Assembly: GCA_030636255.1 (NCBI GenBank)
Contig: DAOVXH010000004.1
Location: forward strand, 1-24,000
Source: Methanomassiliicoccales archaeon
GTDB lineage: Archaea > Thermoplasmatota > Thermoplasmata > SG8-5
Length of the DNA: 24,000 nt
Reading direction: 5' to 3'
Translations under genes and position numbers: made by a program
Notes under the pieces: model-generated
What the model saw: the letters and a program-made list of their open reading frames with translations, nothing else
The model's database searches: none
What the model was told of the DNA's origin: nothing
Shown here: in pieces, positions 22,795 through 24,000 of the stretch
How the letters are laid out: each line of letters starts with the position of its first letter
Position numbering within the stretch: position 1 is the stretch's first letter

Positions 22795-23439
22795 ATGAGA
22801 ATAAGGTGGCACGGACACGCATGCTTTGAGTTTGAAGATGAGAATGAAATAGTACTGGTAACAGACCCACATGATGGAAAATCCATCGGAATAAAACAGC
22901 CAGTGGTAATTGCAGACATAGTTACAATGAGCCATGACCATTTTGACCACAATGCAGAAAGGATTGTCCAGGGCAATGACAAGAAACTTGTAACTGGCTC
23001 CAGGGCAAGAACAGTAAAAGGCATTCCAATCAATGGAGTGGACAGCTTCCATGACGAGGAAAAAGGAGCCAAGCGCGGTGAGAATGTCATGTACAAGTTT
23101 GAAATGGACGGCCTCAATATCTGCCATCTTGGGGATCTGGGCGAATTACTGGATGAAAAGCAAGTAAGCCAGATTGGCGAGGTCGATATACTATTCATAC
23201 CGGTAGGCGGAACATTCACCCTGGATGCAGAAGGGGCCTGGAAGACCATTAAAGAAATTAACCCGAGAGTTGTGGTGCCGATGCATTTCAGAGTTGGCGG
23301 ATTATCCCTGTCCATATCATCGGTTGATGGGTTTTTGGAGATGGTGGATTCAGATCTGGTTGTCAAGGTTGGTAATGAAATAGAACTGACAAGGGATGAT
23401 TTTCCTGAAGGGCAGGAAGTTTGGGTTTTTTCGCTGTAG
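22795..23439 (+). CDS. Metallo-beta-lactamase-fold metal-dependent hydrolase (UPF0173-like)
   Basis: MRIRWHGHACFEF is the N-terminus and MSHDHFDH is the metal-binding motif. The CHLGDLG and VVVPMHF strands are also present. The start is set at ATG 22795, with GGAGGG 6 nt upstream. The track start at 22762 lies inside the palindrome. Confidence 0.75.
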   Translation: MRIRWHGHACFEFEDENEIVLVTDPHDGKSIGIKQPVVIADIVTMSHDHFDHNAERIVQGNDKKLVTGSRARTVKGIPINGVDSFHDEEKGAKRGENVMYKFEMDGLNICHLGDLGELLDEKQVSQIGEVDILFIPVGGTFTLDAEGAWKTIKEINPRVVVPMHFRVGGLSLSISSVDGFLEMVDSDLVVKVGNEIELTRDDFPEGQEVWVFSL

Positions 23440-23465
23440 AAAATTAAGTATCTGGGAATCTAAAA

Positions 23466-24000
23466 CTAATACAACAAAAGCCCTTCCTCAATCTTCCCAA
23501 GCTCGATTGGAGTGGTGGTCTCCCCAACAACCGCACCCTTGGAATTGGCAATTAAACATGCACCGACCTGGCCGGTTCCGTAATTGGCTGTGCAAATTTG
23601 TGGTTTCACTCCAAATATTTTTTCAATAACTTCCATTTCATAGGTTGATGTGTGGGGATGGACTATTGCTCCCTTGTTTGTTACGACTGCCGATGAACCG
23701 ACAGTCTTGTATCCTGCAACTGTGCCTTTTTCTACTGGCACTCCCAGAGCATCTGAAATTTCCTTGATGGATTCTGGGCTGAAACTTGGGTGGACCAGTG
23801 CTCCTTTGTCATTGGCCAGGATATTGTTTCCCATGGCATTGAACTTCTGTGGAATTCTGAAGACCTCTATGTGATCCTCAAGCTTTTTTACCTCTGTCTC
23901 TGCCATGAACTCCGAGGCAATTGCCCCATTGGAATTTGCCCTCATGAGGGCTCCGATTGTGCTGCTTCCATCAACTGATATCTTGATGACATGCTCAATA
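23466..24000 (-). CDS. eif6: Translation initiation factor 6 (aIF6/eIF6), 5'-truncated by the window edge
   Basis: Repeated eIF6 pentein motifs are present: GNNILANDKGALVHP, VGSSAVVTNKGAIVHP and VGACLIANSKGAVVG. The frame stays open upstream of the track's Met (..IEHVIKISVDGSSTIGALMRANSNGAI) to position 24000, so the true start is outside the window. Confidence 0.85.
   Translation of the reverse strand, partial: IEHVIKISVDGSSTIGALMRANSNGAIASEFMAETEVKKLEDHIEVFRIPQKFNAMGNNILANDKGALVHPSFSPESIKEISDALGVPVEKGTVAGYKTVGSSAVVTNKGAIVHPHTSTYEMEVIEKIFGVKPQICTANYGTGQVGACLIANSKGAVVGETTTPIELGKIEEGLLLY

Noticed and set aside
22752-23366. 204-aa minus-strand ORF
   Set aside because: It is antisense to the MBL-fold hydrolase (HGHACFEF, SHDHFDH motifs). 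Its composition is low-complexity S/T/P-rich, typical of shadow ORFs. Other long antisense ORFs were dismissed on the same reasoning: 3725..4138, 4764..5189, 8286..8729, 9008..9421, 13324..13680, 16538..16879 and 17352..17816.

Overview
The window looks like archaeal chromosome. Markers are aIF6, class I LysRS, Thi4, a GfcR-type regulator, a tRNA-Gln with A1:U72/A73 and no encoded CCA, a stand-alone 5S rRNA, TTTATATA-type promoter boxes and GGAGG-type ribosome-binding sites. Unlinked 5S would fit a Thermoplasmata-like lineage, but that is speculation. Left to right: (1) a minus-strand redox operon of HdrC-like, HdrB-like (CCG domains), SdhB-like Fe-S and SdhA/FrdA-like flavoprotein, the last running off the left edge. 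(2) A regulator with two winged-helix modules, then a hairpin-dense GC-enriched intergenic segment. (3) A KaiC-like ATPase divergent from gfcR-like and class I lysyl-tRNA synthetase genes. (4) tRNA-Gln(CUG) directly followed by a bacterial-type glutaminyl-tRNA synthetase; this pair is bracketed by an inverted partial copy of the tRNA 3' end and by a relic of a second glnS 3' end. (5) A 1469-aa secreted beta-helix/CARDB-like surface protein. (6) MarC-family protein, 5S rRNA, RDD/zinc-ribbon protein and Thi4. (7) The main finding: a compact minus-strand cluster of ABC ATPase, ABC-2 permease, an unannotated 39-codon Cys/Gly-rich peptide ORF with its own promoter, and two radical-SAM/SPASM enzymes. 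The first enzyme carries a PqqD/RRE-like N-domain. This is a candidate radical-SAM RiPP pathway in an archaeon, with a divergent small HTH protein next to it. (8) A basic small protein whose frame is broken at a C8 homopolymer, an MBL-fold hydrolase preceded by a perfect 11+11 bp palindrome, and a partial aIF6. I saw no CRISPR array, transposase or integrase. All calls rest on reading the sequence and ORF track by eye; no searches were run.
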